Shown here piece by piece: positions 41,797-51,256 of a stretch of DNA of 64,000 nt; within the stretch, counting starts at the first letter, position 1, and each line of letters starts with the position of its first letter. Under the pieces are notes generated by a model. The model was given only the letters and a program-made list of their open reading frames with translations. It had not been told where the DNA came from and did not search any database. Source of the DNA: Streptosporangiaceae bacterium (lineage in GTDB: Bacteria > Actinomycetota > Actinomycetes > Streptosporangiales > Streptosporangiaceae). Where the stretch lies: the NCBI GenBank assembly GCA_035604275.1, contig DATNIU010000249.1, positions 2,587 to 66,586 of the forward strand, given 5' to 3'. The position numbers and the translations under genes were made by a program.

Positions 41797-42784
41797 CCCG
41801 GACGTGCCGATCATCGAGACCCGCGAGGTCGCGCGGCATTTCACGGTCGGCCACGGCGGACTTCGGCGTAACCGCCCGGCCCTGAAGGCGGTGGACGGCA
41901 TCTCGCTCGCCATCCGGCGCGGCGAGACGCTGGCCCTGGTCGGCGAGACCGGCTCAGGAAAGACCACCTTCGGACGGCTGCTGCTCGGCCTGTACTCCCC
42001 GACCAGCGGCGACATCCTCTATCAGGGAATGAGCGTGCTCGACCGGCGCAGCGCGGCAGCGCGGACCGTCAGGCGGCACATCCAGGGGGTGTTCCAGGAC
42101 CCCTACTCGTCGCTGAACCCGACGATGACCGTGGGGCAGGCGCTGGCAGAGGTGCTCAAGGTGCACCAGATCGGCGACCGGTCCGAGCGCGCCGGGCTGG
42201 TCGCCGACCTTCTCGAGACCGTCGGGCTCTCCCCCGCGCAGGCCGCTCGCCGCCCGCAGGCCTTCAGCGGCGGTGAGCGGCAGCGAGTAGGCATCGCCCG
42301 GGCGCTCGCCGCGCGGCCAGACGTGGTCGTCGCCGACGAGCCGCTGTCGGCTCTGGACGTCTCGATCCAGGCGCAGGTGCTGAACCTGCTGATCGCGCTT
42401 CAGGAGCAGCGCGGGCTGACCTATCTGTTCGTGACCCACGACCTGGACGTAGCCAGGCACATCAGCCGGAGCACCGCGGTGCTCTACCTGGGCCGGGTGG
42501 TCGAGTACGCGCCGACAGAGGCTCTCTTCGCCGAGCCGCTGCACCCGTACACCCAGGCGCTGGTCAAGGCAGCGCCGCGGCTGACGACCCGGCGCAAGAC
42601 GATCAAGCCCAGCCTGACCGGAGATATCCCGAATGCCATCGAGCGGCCGCCCGGCTGCCACTTCCACCCGCGCTGCCCGCTGGTGATGCCGGTCTGCAGC
42701 GAGATCGAGCCGCCGCTGCTCCCGCTCTCCGGCGGCCGCTCGGTCGCCTGCCACCTGCACGACCCTGACCGGCGGGGGCTTTAG
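41783..42784 (+). CDS. ABC transporter ATP-binding protein, OppF/DppF type (located away from its permeases)
   Basis: [35 protein letters not shown], and a C-terminal Cys motif [11 protein letters not shown]...C. Confidence 0.9.
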   Translation: MLAASPDVPIIETREVARHFTVGHGGLRRNRPALKAVDGISLAIRRGETLALVGETGSGKTTFGRLLLGLYSPTSGDILYQGMSVLDRRSAAARTVRRHIQGVFQDPYSSLNPTMTVGQALAEVLKVHQIGDRSERAGLVADLLETVGLSPAQAARRPQAFSGGERQRVGIARALAARPDVVVADEPLSALDVSIQAQVLNLLIALQEQRGLTYLFVTHDLDVARHISRSTAVLYLGRVVEYAPTEALFAEPLHPYTQALVKAAPRLTTRRKTIKPSLTGDIPNAIERPPGCHFHPRCPLVMPVCSEIEPPLLPLSGGRSVACHLHDPDRRGL

Positions 42785-43428
42785 GCCGGGCTGGCCGCGG
42801 GCCTGCGGCCCGGGTGGCTGTGCTCGGGGAAGCCGGTCAGGTAGTGGTCGCGGATCGCGCGCCGGATCCGCTCGATGTCGCCGCTGTCGACCGAGTCGAG
42901 CAGGTCCCGGTGCCGGTCGACGGCATCGGCCAGGCCGATGCCCTGCCGCTCGATCTCCGATCGCATCAGGGCGCCCATCTGGCTGTTGAGCATGGACCAC
43001 AGCTCCTTCAGCCGCCGCCGTCCAGACACGTCGACAAGCAGCTCGTGAAATCTCGTGTCGCTCTCCACGAGCGCGTCCATGTCGTCGGTCCTGGCCGCCG
43101 CCGACATATGCTCCAGGGCCAGCCGGAGCGACCTGACCAGCTCCTTCTTGCTCTGACCGAGCCCGGACGCCACGCTGGCATCCTCAAGCGCGAAGCGGGC
43201 GTAGCAGACATCCTCCGCGTCCTGCATCGACATCCGGGTCACGACGCTGTAGCGGCGCGGCACGATCGCGATCAGCCCTTCCGCCTGAAGGCTGCGCATC
43301 GCGTCCCTGATGGTGCCCCGGCTGACCCCGAATTCCGCTGCCAGATTGGCCTCGACCAGCCGCGTTTCCGCGGGCAGCTCGTTGTTCAAGATGCGGTGCC
43401 GAAGCGCGCGGCCAACCGCTTCAGGCAA
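42781..43428 (-). CDS. GntR-family transcriptional regulator, FadR/FCD subfamily
   Basis: LVEANLAAEFGVSRGTIRDAMRSLQAEGLIAIVPRRYSVV followed by a helical FCD-like C-domain (RFHELLVDVSGRRRL). Confidence 0.9.
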   Translation of the reverse strand: MPEAVGRALRHRILNNELPAETRLVEANLAAEFGVSRGTIRDAMRSLQAEGLIAIVPRRYSVVTRMSMQDAEDVCYARFALEDASVASGLGQSKKELVRSLRLALEHMSAAARTDDMDALVESDTRFHELLVDVSGRRRLKELWSMLNSQMGALMRSEIERQGIGLADAVDRHRDLLDSVDSGDIERIRRAIRDHYLTGFPEHSHPGRRPAASPA

Positions 43429-43491
43429 TGAGACGTGCTCAAGAATGGCGCCCAGCCTCCCTTCTGCTCTGCCCCGGGCGTCTTCCGCTTG

Positions 43492-44400
43492 TCACTGTAG
43501 CCCGAGCATCGATTCGGTCAGCCCGACATGACCAGTGCTATCTTCCCGCACCCGCAGAGCGTGCCGCGGGCCGGTGAGAATCGGCGTGATGCCCGGTCCG
43601 TGGCCGGGCAGCGGGCTCGAGCCGTGCACGGCTACGCCGATCGTCACCCAGTCGCGCCGGTACCCCATGTTGTATCTCGCATCGAGGTCGGTCACCGCGA
43701 CCAGATCGCCGAGCAGCAGGGCGTCTTCCGCCGCGCCCTGCCCGGAAGCGAGCTGAAGGTCCAGGTCCCAGCTGTGGGCCGGGCGGCCGAGCCCGTTCCC
43801 GGCCATCCTGGCCGGTACGACGAGCCGGACGGCAACGTCGAGGGTGTCGTCCTGGTCGGCGCTGACCGGCAGGCCAGCCAGCAGGCCGGGATCGATGTTC
43901 AGCGCAGTCAAGCTGGCCGGCAGCCAGCCTGGCCGCACGCCCTGGCCGCGGCTCCGCACGCTCACCTGGTCGCCCGGTCGCATCCTGGCCAGGTCGCCAG
44001 CGCGGAACCCGGCGATCACCCGGCCGTTCTCACCGCGCTTGCCGATGACAGCGCCCCGCGCACCGGCGGCCGCGCCGGTGCGTACCACGGCCTCGTTCCC
44101 GATACAGCAGTACAGCGCCAGCGCGTGCCGCGCGGCCTCCACCGGATGGGTCAGGCACGCGCCGGGCGCGGCGTGGTCGCCGAACAGCGCGAAGACCGAG
44201 TCGCCCAGCCGCAGGCCGAGCACGATCCCGCCGTCCCCGGCCGGGACATACGGAGCGCCGTCAGCGTCGATCCGGTACGGGCTGTCGCCAAGCTCCGCGT
44301 GCTCGATCAGGCCGAGCAGACTGACCTCGACCGGCCGATGACCGCCGGCGGCGAGCGCGCTCACCGGCGCCGCCTCTGACCGCCGGATGCGCGCGCTCAC
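43492..44400 (-). CDS. DUF4438-like protein (paralogue B)
   Basis: 302 aa. Shares YRIDADG...GDGGIVLG and DLDARYNMGYRRDWVTIGV...GHGPG...LTGP with the upstream paralogue. The family name is from memory (typical length about 280-300 aa). Confidence 0.6.
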   Translation of the reverse strand: MSARIRRSEAAPVSALAAGGHRPVEVSLLGLIEHAELGDSPYRIDADGAPYVPAGDGGIVLGLRLGDSVFALFGDHAAPGACLTHPVEAARHALALYCCIGNEAVVRTGAAAGARGAVIGKRGENGRVIAGFRAGDLARMRPGDQVSVRSRGQGVRPGWLPASLTALNIDPGLLAGLPVSADQDDTLDVAVRLVVPARMAGNGLGRPAHSWDLDLQLASGQGAAEDALLLGDLVAVTDLDARYNMGYRRDWVTIGVAVHGSSPLPGHGPGITPILTGPRHALRVREDSTGHVGLTESMLGLQ

Positions 44401-45275
44401 GGGTGCCCCTCTTGATCGTCGTGGTACCAGCTGGCCAGGTTGGCCAGCGGATCGTCGACCAGCGCGAACGCGCCGGCCGGGCCGCTCATCAGGGTGCTCG
44501 GCCCGGGTCCGTGACCGAAGAGCAGGCAGCTCCCGGTCGAGATCACCCCGATGGTCACATATCCGGGCCGGTAGCCACGGCCGTACCTGTGGTCCTGATC
44601 AGCCAGCGCGACGACGTCACCGACCCGCAGGCTCTCCAGGCCGAGTGACAGATCATCGCCGAGACCCGGGTAAGCGCCCATCAGGTCGGTGTTCGCGTAC
44701 TCCGAGATCATGCCGACCCCGGCGCCGATCGCCTCGGCCGGCACCCGCGCGGCGACGTGCACCTCGAGCCTGCCGTCCGCCCCGGTACCGCCGGGCATCG
44801 CATCGATCAGCCCGGGCGAGCAGTTCTTGACGACGATCGCCGGATGCTCGGCCAGGCGCAGGCCCTGGCCGGTCGCGGTGATCGTGACGGCGTCACCGGT
44901 CGTGATCCTCGTCCCGACCGGCCCGGGGAAGTCGGCGAGCACGTAGGCATGCTGGCCGATGACGTGGCCGACCTGGCCGGCGGCCGGCCCGGACTCCAGC
45001 CGCACCTGGTTGCCGACGCAGGACAGGAACTGCACGGCCAGGTTGGCCGCGTGGTCGCGATGCCTGATCGATGCCCCGGGCTCCAGGTGGTCGGCGGCAT
45101 AGCCGGTCGCCGGATCCCCGCAGTGCACGCCGAGCGTCATGCCGCCCATCCCGGGCAGCACGAACGGCTGGCCGTCCGGGCCGACCCGGTATCCGTGCCG
45201 GTCAGCCAGGGCCGGCCAGACCTCGCCGGTGAGCACCTGGGTGACCAGCCGCGCCGAGTTCGTGACCACCTTCAT
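44397..45275 (-). CDS. DUF4438-like protein (paralogue A)
   Basis: 292 aa: YRVGPDG...GMGGMTLG and DQDHRYGRGYRPGYVTIGV...GHGPG...MSGP. 4-nt overlaps at both ends. Confidence 0.6.
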   Translation of the reverse strand: MKVVTNSARLVTQVLTGEVWPALADRHGYRVGPDGQPFVLPGMGGMTLGVHCGDPATGYAADHLEPGASIRHRDHAANLAVQFLSCVGNQVRLESGPAAGQVGHVIGQHAYVLADFPGPVGTRITTGDAVTITATGQGLRLAEHPAIVVKNCSPGLIDAMPGGTGADGRLEVHVAARVPAEAIGAGVGMISEYANTDLMGAYPGLGDDLSLGLESLRVGDVVALADQDHRYGRGYRPGYVTIGVISTGSCLLFGHGPGPSTLMSGPAGAFALVDDPLANLASWYHDDQEGHP

Positions 45276-46411
45276 GGCGCGTCCTGGCCGGCCGGCGCCA
45301 GCGGAACGCTGACCCAGGCGCGGCGACGGTATGACGCCTCGAAGGCGTTGATCGTCTCCTGCACCAGCGCCGCCTGGCCGAAGTCACCCTGGCTGACCGG
45401 GCTGTCGCCGCTGATCTCGGAGATGAAGTCGGCGACGAGGCTGGAATAGAAGAGGGACTCCCAGGGCTCGCCCGAATGGCCGCCCTCGGGAAAGAACCTG
45501 GCCGGGATCTCCGCCTCGGTGAACTCGACGGCGTCCTTGCGCGCCGTCCTGATCGTCTGGCAGATCCCGAACTCGTCGACCAGCCGGACGATGATCGCGC
45601 CCTGCGATCCGTAGATCCGGGCCTCGATGCCCGGGTAGTTCCCCACGGTCACGTACGACGACTGGATGGAGGCCAGCGCGCCGGAGCCGAACTCCGCGAT
45701 CCACATGTCGCCGTCGTCGATGTTGGCCCTGGTCATCTTGCCCGTGTCGCGGACCATGCGGACCGGGACGAAGTTGCGCATGGTGCCGACCACGGCCCGC
45801 AGCGGCGCCGCCAGCCACCAGTGCATGATGTCGATCACCGGCGCGCCGTAGCCTTCGATGGACGACACGGCGATGACGGCCGGATCGGCGTCCGGGTCGA
45901 CCTGCCGGAGCGGCGTCGCCGGGTCGATCCACTGGCTGTTCTGCTCGAAGCCGTTGAACATGTAAGGCTCGCCCACGAATCCGTCGTCGATCAGCTGCTT
46001 GGCGTACTGGATCGCCGGGGCGTACCTGAAGGTGAATCCCACCTTCGTCTTCAGGCCCTTCGCGCTGGCCAGGTCGGCGGCCTGCCTGGTCCTGGCGTAG
46101 TCGGGGTGCACGGGCTTCTCGCAGAGCACGTGCTTGCCGGCGCAGAGCGCATCCCAGGAGATGCCGAAATGCGGCTGGTTGCCCGTGACCACGTCGATCA
46201 CGTCGATGCCGGGATCGCCGAGCAGCTCGCGGTAGTCGGCGACCGCACGGGGAATGCCGAACTCCGCCGCCGTCCGCGCGAGCACGTCCGCGTTGGTGTC
46301 GGCCACCGCTGCCACGCGCGCTCGCCGGTCCCGCTGCCAGCCGGGGATGTGCGCGTGCCGCGCCCATCGCCCGGCGCCGACCACAGCGACCGCGAGCTGG
46401 TCTGAAACCAT
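45272..46411 (-). CDS. Gfo/Idh/MocA-family NAD(P)-dependent oxidoreductase
   Basis: VAVVGAGRWARHAHIPGW...GKHVLCEKPV...KVGFTFRYAPA. Confidence 0.9.
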   Translation of the reverse strand: MVSDQLAVAVVGAGRWARHAHIPGWQRDRRARVAAVADTNADVLARTAAEFGIPRAVADYRELLGDPGIDVIDVVTGNQPHFGISWDALCAGKHVLCEKPVHPDYARTRQAADLASAKGLKTKVGFTFRYAPAIQYAKQLIDDGFVGEPYMFNGFEQNSQWIDPATPLRQVDPDADPAVIAVSSIEGYGAPVIDIMHWWLAAPLRAVVGTMRNFVPVRMVRDTGKMTRANIDDGDMWIAEFGSGALASIQSSYVTVGNYPGIEARIYGSQGAIIVRLVDEFGICQTIRTARKDAVEFTEAEIPARFFPEGGHSGEPWESLFYSSLVADFISEISGDSPVSQGDFGQAALVQETINAFEASYRRRAWVSVPLAPAGQDAP

Positions 46412-46480
46412 CGAGCCTGTCCCCCATCTCTCTCGTGAGTGCCCGCCGCCGGTCCGTGCCCTCGCTGCCTGCTGCCCATG

Positions 46481-46540
46481 CCCGGCCGCCCGGTACCCGG
46501 CCGCTCGGTACCCGGCCGCTCAGTACCCGGCCGCCCGGTC
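46481..46540. repeat. 15-bp tandem repeat (CCCGGCCGCYCRGTA x4) straddling the stop codon of the 2-hydroxyacid dehydrogenase gene
   Basis: Read directly. The TGA (46520-46522) sits where the sibling units have CGA/CGG. Confidence 0.9.
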
Positions 46541-47554
46541 GAAGACGTTCCTGAGCGATTCACCGGCCAGCCAGCGCCGGAGATTGTCGATGAACAGATC
46601 GGTGAGCAGCCGGTTCTCGGCGGAGACCGTGGCCGCCGAGTGCGGCGAGATCAGCACGTTGTCCAGGCACCACAGCGGCGAGCCGGCCGGCAGCGGCTCG
46701 GTCTCGAAGACGTCCAGGCAGGCCCCGCCGAGGCGGCCGGACGTCAGGCCGTCGACCAGCGCGGCCTCGTCGATGACCTGGCCGCGGGCCAGGTTCACGA
46801 CGACGGCCCCCGGCCTGAGCAGCTCGAGCTCCCGCCTGCCGATCAGCTTGCTGGTCCGCTTGGTCAGCGGGCAGGCCAGGATCAGCGCGTCCGTCCCGGG
46901 AAGCACCGAGCCGATCTGATCATCGGCTACGTAGGACGTCACGCCTGGCACGTCGTAGTCGCGTCCCGCCCGGCCGGCCCCGCACACCACGACCCCGGCC
47001 GCCGCGAGCAGCCTGGCCACCTCCCGCCCGACACCGCCCAGCCCTACCAGCAGCGCCCGCGTCCCGGCCAGCTGCGCGGTCGTGTGCCGCTCCCAGTGCC
47101 GCGCCGCCTGCTGGCTCCTGAGCCGGGGCACCCGCTTGGCGAAGTAGAGCAGCCCGAGTAGCGCGAACTCGCTCAGCGGCACGCCATGAACCCCGGCGGC
47201 CGTGGTGCAGACGATGGGCGCGTCGATCAGGCCGGTACGCTCGAGCAGGCCGCCGATGCCCGCGCTCGTGCCCTGTATCCAGCGCAGGCCGGGGCAGTTG
47301 ACACCGATCTGCTCCGGAGCCTGCCAGTCGAAGTCGAAGCTGACGTCCGCTGCCGCCCGCAGCCGTGCCCACCTGGCCAGGCCGGCGGCATCCAGATCGC
47401 GCGGAATCCCGGTGTGGTCGCACGGATAGCGGGGCACGGGCAGCAGGTCAGGCGCGTAGAGCAGGCGGACCCGCGGATCGGCGGCGCCGATCAGCTCCGC
47501 GTGCTCAGGGTCGAGCGGAGACGCGATCAGCACGCGCACAACGTCGGGCGTCAT
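46520..47554 (-). CDS. D-isomer-specific 2-hydroxyacid dehydrogenase family protein
   Basis: LVGLGGVGREVARLL (NAD fold), VVNLARGQVIDEAAL, LDVFETEPLP, NVLISPHSA. Confidence 0.85.
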   Translation of the reverse strand: MTPDVVRVLIASPLDPEHAELIGAADPRVRLLYAPDLLPVPRYPCDHTGIPRDLDAAGLARWARLRAAADVSFDFDWQAPEQIGVNCPGLRWIQGTSAGIGGLLERTGLIDAPIVCTTAAGVHGVPLSEFALLGLLYFAKRVPRLRSQQAARHWERHTTAQLAGTRALLVGLGGVGREVARLLAAAGVVVCGAGRAGRDYDVPGVTSYVADDQIGSVLPGTDALILACPLTKRTSKLIGRRELELLRPGAVVVNLARGQVIDEAALVDGLTSGRLGGACLDVFETEPLPAGSPLWCLDNVLISPHSAATVSAENRLLTDLFIDNLRRWLAGESLRNVFDRAAGY

Positions 47555-47593
47555 CGACTCTTCCGGATCGGCACGGCCGCTCCTCCCCTATTG

Positions 47594-47606
47594 TCGACAG
47601 TCAACG
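47594..47606. promoter_or_regulatory. GTCGACAGTCAAC motif variant (candidate GntR operator), proximal to the minus-strand operon
   Basis: 11/13 match to the 13-mer. Lies within TTGTCGACA, a perfect TGTCGACA palindrome. Confidence 0.4.
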
Positions 47607-47742
47607 AGTATCGCAGCTCCTTGATTCAGTCAAGACCGCGGGCGCGGTCATCCCGAGGCGAATTTTGCCGTTCAGGCCGGTTATGCCAGCAGAATCGTCC
47701 TATTGACGACGGTCTGGAGCGTCTCTAAGGTAAAGACACGCT

Positions 47743-47755
47743 GTCGACAATCGAC
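47743..47755. promoter_or_regulatory. GTCGACAATCGAC motif, copy 2 (candidate GntR operator), 16 bp upstream of the SBP start
   Basis: Identical to 40870-40882. Preceded by T, which gives the TGTCGACA palindrome. Confidence 0.45.
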
Positions 47756-47770
47756 GAAATGAGGTGCATC

Positions 47771-49330
47771 ATGCTCCGAGCTCACCGGCTACGGACGCTC
47801 AGCCTCGGCCTGATGGCGATCGCCCTAGTCTCCGCTGGCTGCTCGAGCGCCGGGTCGAGCGGCGGGTCAGGCCCGGCGGCCGGCAGCAGCACCCTGGTGA
47901 TCGCCAATGCCGTCCGGGTCGACACGCTCGACCCCGAGGCGAACTCGGTGAACGAGTCCATCTGGCTGGACCAGAACCTCTACAGCCGCCTGCTCCAGCC
48001 CAACGCGACCGGCACCGGGCTGCTGCCCGACCTCGCCACCTCGTGGAACATCTCGGCAGACGGGCTCACCTACACCTTCCACCTGCGCGACGCCAGGTTC
48101 TCCAACGGCTCGCCGGTCACCGCCAGCGATGTCGTGTTCTCGATCGACAGGTCGCGCAAGTTCGCCGGCGGCTGGGGCTTCCTGCTGACGCCGGTCAAGA
48201 CGATCACCGCGCGGGGCGCCCGCACCGTCGTGATCACGCTGTCCCAGAAACACGCGCCGCTGCTCGCTGACCTGGCGATGTACGCGTACTCGATCGTCCC
48301 GGCCAAGCTGGTTCAGTCGCAAGGCAAGGCCTTCTTCGCCCACCCGGTCGGCAGCGGGCCGTTCTACGTGACGTCCTACAACCCCGACAGCGAGGTCGAC
48401 CTGGCGCGCAACCCGCACTTCTACGGCACCAAGCCGAAGATCAGCAAGATCAGGGTCGTGATCGTCCCCAACGACAACACCAGGGTCCTGATGCTGGAGA
48501 GCAAGAAGGCCGACGTGATCGAGAATCCGCCGGGCAACCTCACCAGCCAGATCGACGGCACGCCCGGGCTGCACGTCGACCTCTTCCCGTCCACCAGGGT
48601 CGACTTCATCCAGCTCGACGAGCACTACGCGCCGCTGGCGAAGCTCGCGGTGCGCGAGGCGCTGAACTACGCCATCGACCGGAGCGCGATCGTCAAGCTG
48701 GCCTACCAGGGCGACGCGATCGCCGGCGCCTCGTTCATGCCCTACAAGATGCAGTACTTCGACTCCTCGATCGCGCCGTATCCGTACGACCCGGCCAAGG
48801 CCAGGCAGCTGCTCGCGCAGGCCGGCTATCCGCACGGGTTCAAGACGTTCCTGATCACGGTCAGCGGCGACATCGCAGGCCAGGCCGAGGCGGTCGTGGT
48901 GAAGTCCGAGCTGGCGCAGGTGGGGATCACCGTCAGCATCCAGTCCTACGAGCTGCTCACCGCCTACGCCAAGGAGGACGGCGGTCATTCCGAGATGGGC
49001 GAGCGGTACTGGACGAACGACATCATCGACCCCGACGAGGTCGCGACCTTCGGCGCCGACTGCCAGGGCGGCGCCAACGCCTTCAACAGCTACTGGTGCA
49101 GCACGCAGGCGAACAACCTGGTCAGCCAGGCCCGGCTGGAGCTCAACAGCGCCAGGCGCCAGGCGCTGTACGACCAGATCCAGCAGATCGTCTACGCCCA
49201 GTCGCCGTTCATCGTGACCGACTACAGCCCGTACAGGTACGGCGTCGGCAGCTGGGTGAAGGGCTTCCACGTGACGCCGCTCGGCAACTACGACCTGTCG
49301 CTGGAGACCCTGACCGTCGGCCAGCACTAG
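47771..49330 (+). CDS. ABC transporter substrate-binding lipoprotein, family 5 (peptide/opine/nickel type)
   Basis: MLRAHRLRTLSLGLMAIALVSAGCSS lipobox, LVIANAVRVDTLDPE, LATSWNISADGLTYTFHLR. ATG 47771 (GAGGTG upstream) is preferred over 47759. Confidence 0.9.
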   Translation: MLRAHRLRTLSLGLMAIALVSAGCSSAGSSGGSGPAAGSSTLVIANAVRVDTLDPEANSVNESIWLDQNLYSRLLQPNATGTGLLPDLATSWNISADGLTYTFHLRDARFSNGSPVTASDVVFSIDRSRKFAGGWGFLLTPVKTITARGARTVVITLSQKHAPLLADLAMYAYSIVPAKLVQSQGKAFFAHPVGSGPFYVTSYNPDSEVDLARNPHFYGTKPKISKIRVVIVPNDNTRVLMLESKKADVIENPPGNLTSQIDGTPGLHVDLFPSTRVDFIQLDEHYAPLAKLAVREALNYAIDRSAIVKLAYQGDAIAGASFMPYKMQYFDSSIAPYPYDPAKARQLLAQAGYPHGFKTFLITVSGDIAGQAEAVVVKSELAQVGITVSIQSYELLTAYAKEDGGHSEMGERYWTNDIIDPDEVATFGADCQGGANAFNSYWCSTQANNLVSQARLELNSARRQALYDQIQQIVYAQSPFIVTDYSPYRYGVGSWVKGFHVTPLGNYDLSLETLTVGQH

Positions 49331-49415
49331 CCAGCGCGGGGCGCAGCGGCCGGCCGGGGCCGCTGCGCCCCGCGCCCGCGGCCGGATCAGGGCGCGAGAT
49401 TCCAGGAGGTGCGCG

Positions 49416-50366
49416 GTGAGTCGCTTCGGTACCCTGCCCAGGCGGCTCGTGCACCTGGTCGTGATCCTTTTCGGGATCACCCTGGTGACCTTCTTCCTGC
49501 TCAGGCTGATTCCAGGGGATCCGGCGCTCGCCATACTCGGCAGCAGCTACACGCACCAGCGGGCGACCGCCATCGACATCTCGCTCGGCCTCAACAAGCC
49601 GATCTGGACGCAGTACGCGCTGTTCATGGGCCGGCTGTTCCGCGGCAATCTCGGCTACTCGTTCTTCTATAACGCTCCGGCCACGACGGTGATCGTCCAG
49701 CACGTGCCGCCGACGCTCTTCCTCGTGGTCTACAGCGCCGTGCTCGCCGGGCTGATCGCGCTGCCGATCGGGTTCATCTCAGGGCTGCGCCGGGGAGGCG
49801 TAGTCGACCAGGCGAGCCGGGTCTTCTTCACCGTCAGCTTCGCGATGCCGGCCTTCTGGCTCGGCATCATCTTGCTGCTCATTTTCAGCGTGCATATCCC
49901 GGTCTTCCCGATCAGCGGCTTCGGCTCTGGATTCGCCGGGCACCTGTACTACCTGTTCCTGCCCGCGCTGACCATCGCGCTCGGCTTCGCGACCGTCCTG
50001 GTCCGCAGCCTCCGCGCGGCGACCATCGCGACGCTGCAGGCCGAGTTCATCGACACCGCCCGGATGAAGGGGATCTCCCGCGCCCGCGTGCTGCGGCGCC
50101 ACGTGTTCAGGAACGCGGTGCTCGCGGTGGTCGCGGTCTACGGCGTGAACCTGGCCTACCTGATCAGCGGCACGGTGCTGGTCGAGAACGTGTTCTCGCT
50201 GCCAGGCCTCGGCTCGCTGCTCGTCAACTCGGTCTCCGACCGTGACTACCCGGTCGTCCAGGGGGTCGCGCTGCTCTTCGCCGTGCTCATCGTGGCGATC
50301 AACCTGCTGACGGACGTGACGCAGGCGAGCCTCGATCCGCGCGTCGGGCAGGAGATCGGCGAATGA
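49416..50366 (+). CDS. ABC transporter permease (DppB/OppB-like)
   Basis: RRLVHLVVILFGITLVTFFLLRLIPGDPA...EFIDTARMKGIS. Confidence 0.9.
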   Translation: MSRFGTLPRRLVHLVVILFGITLVTFFLLRLIPGDPALAILGSSYTHQRATAIDISLGLNKPIWTQYALFMGRLFRGNLGYSFFYNAPATTVIVQHVPPTLFLVVYSAVLAGLIALPIGFISGLRRGGVVDQASRVFFTVSFAMPAFWLGIILLLIFSVHIPVFPISGFGSGFAGHLYYLFLPALTIALGFATVLVRSLRAATIATLQAEFIDTARMKGISRARVLRRHVFRNAVLAVVAVYGVNLAYLISGTVLVENVFSLPGLGSLLVNSVSDRDYPVVQGVALLFAVLIVAINLLTDVTQASLDPRVGQEIGE

Positions 50367-51256
50367 GCCAGACGACCTGGGCGACGAACCCGTCCGCGAT
50401 GCTGCTCACGGTCGCCGAGCGCGCCGCCAGGCGCACCCGCCGGTCCGGCCGCCGGCGCCTGGTGCTCCTCGCCGGACTCGCGATGCTCGCCGTCGCGATC
50501 GTCGCCACGATCGGGGCGCCGCTGCTGATCAGCCAGTCCCCGACCGCGCTCGACGTGCTCCGGCCGCTCGCACCGCCGGTGGCCTCCGGCCATCTGCTCG
50601 GGACCGATCAGTACGGGCGCGACATCCTGGCCAGGATTCTGTACGGCGGCCGGATAGACCTCGCGATCGCCTTCGGCGCCACCAGCGTCACGCTGGTCTT
50701 CGGCACCGTCGTCGGGCTGGTGGCCGGCTATTTCGGCGGCTGGGTGGACAACCTGATCATGCGCATCGTCGACCTGTTCTTCGCCTTCCCGTTCCTGGTG
50801 CTGATCATCGCGATCATCGCGATGCTCGGGCCGAGCATCTTCAACATGTTCGTCGCGATCTGGATCACCAGCTGGGTGAGCTACGCCAGGATCATGCGCG
50901 CCCAGACCGTGGTCGCCAAGAAGCAGCAGTACGTCCTGGCCGCGCGGGCGCTCGGCTACGGCAGGCTGCGCGTGATGCTCAGGCACATCCTGCCGAACAC
51001 GGCCTCGGCGGTGATCATCTTCTCGATGGTGGACGCCATCGGCAACATCATCCTGGCCGCCTCGCTGGGCTTCCTCGGTCTCGGCGCGCAGCCGCCGACC
51101 CCGGAGTGGGGAACGATGATCTCGGACGGCCAGAGCTACATCCTGTCGTCCTGGTGGATCGCGACGCTGCCCGGCCTGGCGATCGTCTTCGTCGGCGTGG
51201 CGTTCAGCCTGATCGGTGACGGGCTCGCCGACGTGCTCAGGCCGGGTGACCGGTGA
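50363..51256 (+). CDS. ABC transporter permease (DppC/OppC-like)
   Basis: HLLGTDQYGRDILARILYG...YVLAARALGYG...ILPN. ATGA overlap. Confidence 0.9.
   Translation: MSQTTWATNPSAMLLTVAERAARRTRRSGRRRLVLLAGLAMLAVAIVATIGAPLLISQSPTALDVLRPLAPPVASGHLLGTDQYGRDILARILYGGRIDLAIAFGATSVTLVFGTVVGLVAGYFGGWVDNLIMRIVDLFFAFPFLVLIIAIIAMLGPSIFNMFVAIWITSWVSYARIMRAQTVVAKKQQYVLAARALGYGRLRVMLRHILPNTASAVIIFSMVDAIGNIILAASLGFLGLGAQPPTPEWGTMISDGQSYILSSWWIATLPGLAIVFVGVAFSLIGDGLADVLRPGDR

Noticed and set aside
46520-46522. The in-frame TGA between two dehydrogenase ORFs considered as a selenocysteine codon.
   Set aside because: I could not recognise a SECIS-like hairpin immediately downstream. The codon replaces Arg in a linker-like repeat rather than an active-site Cys, and no sel genes occur in the window.
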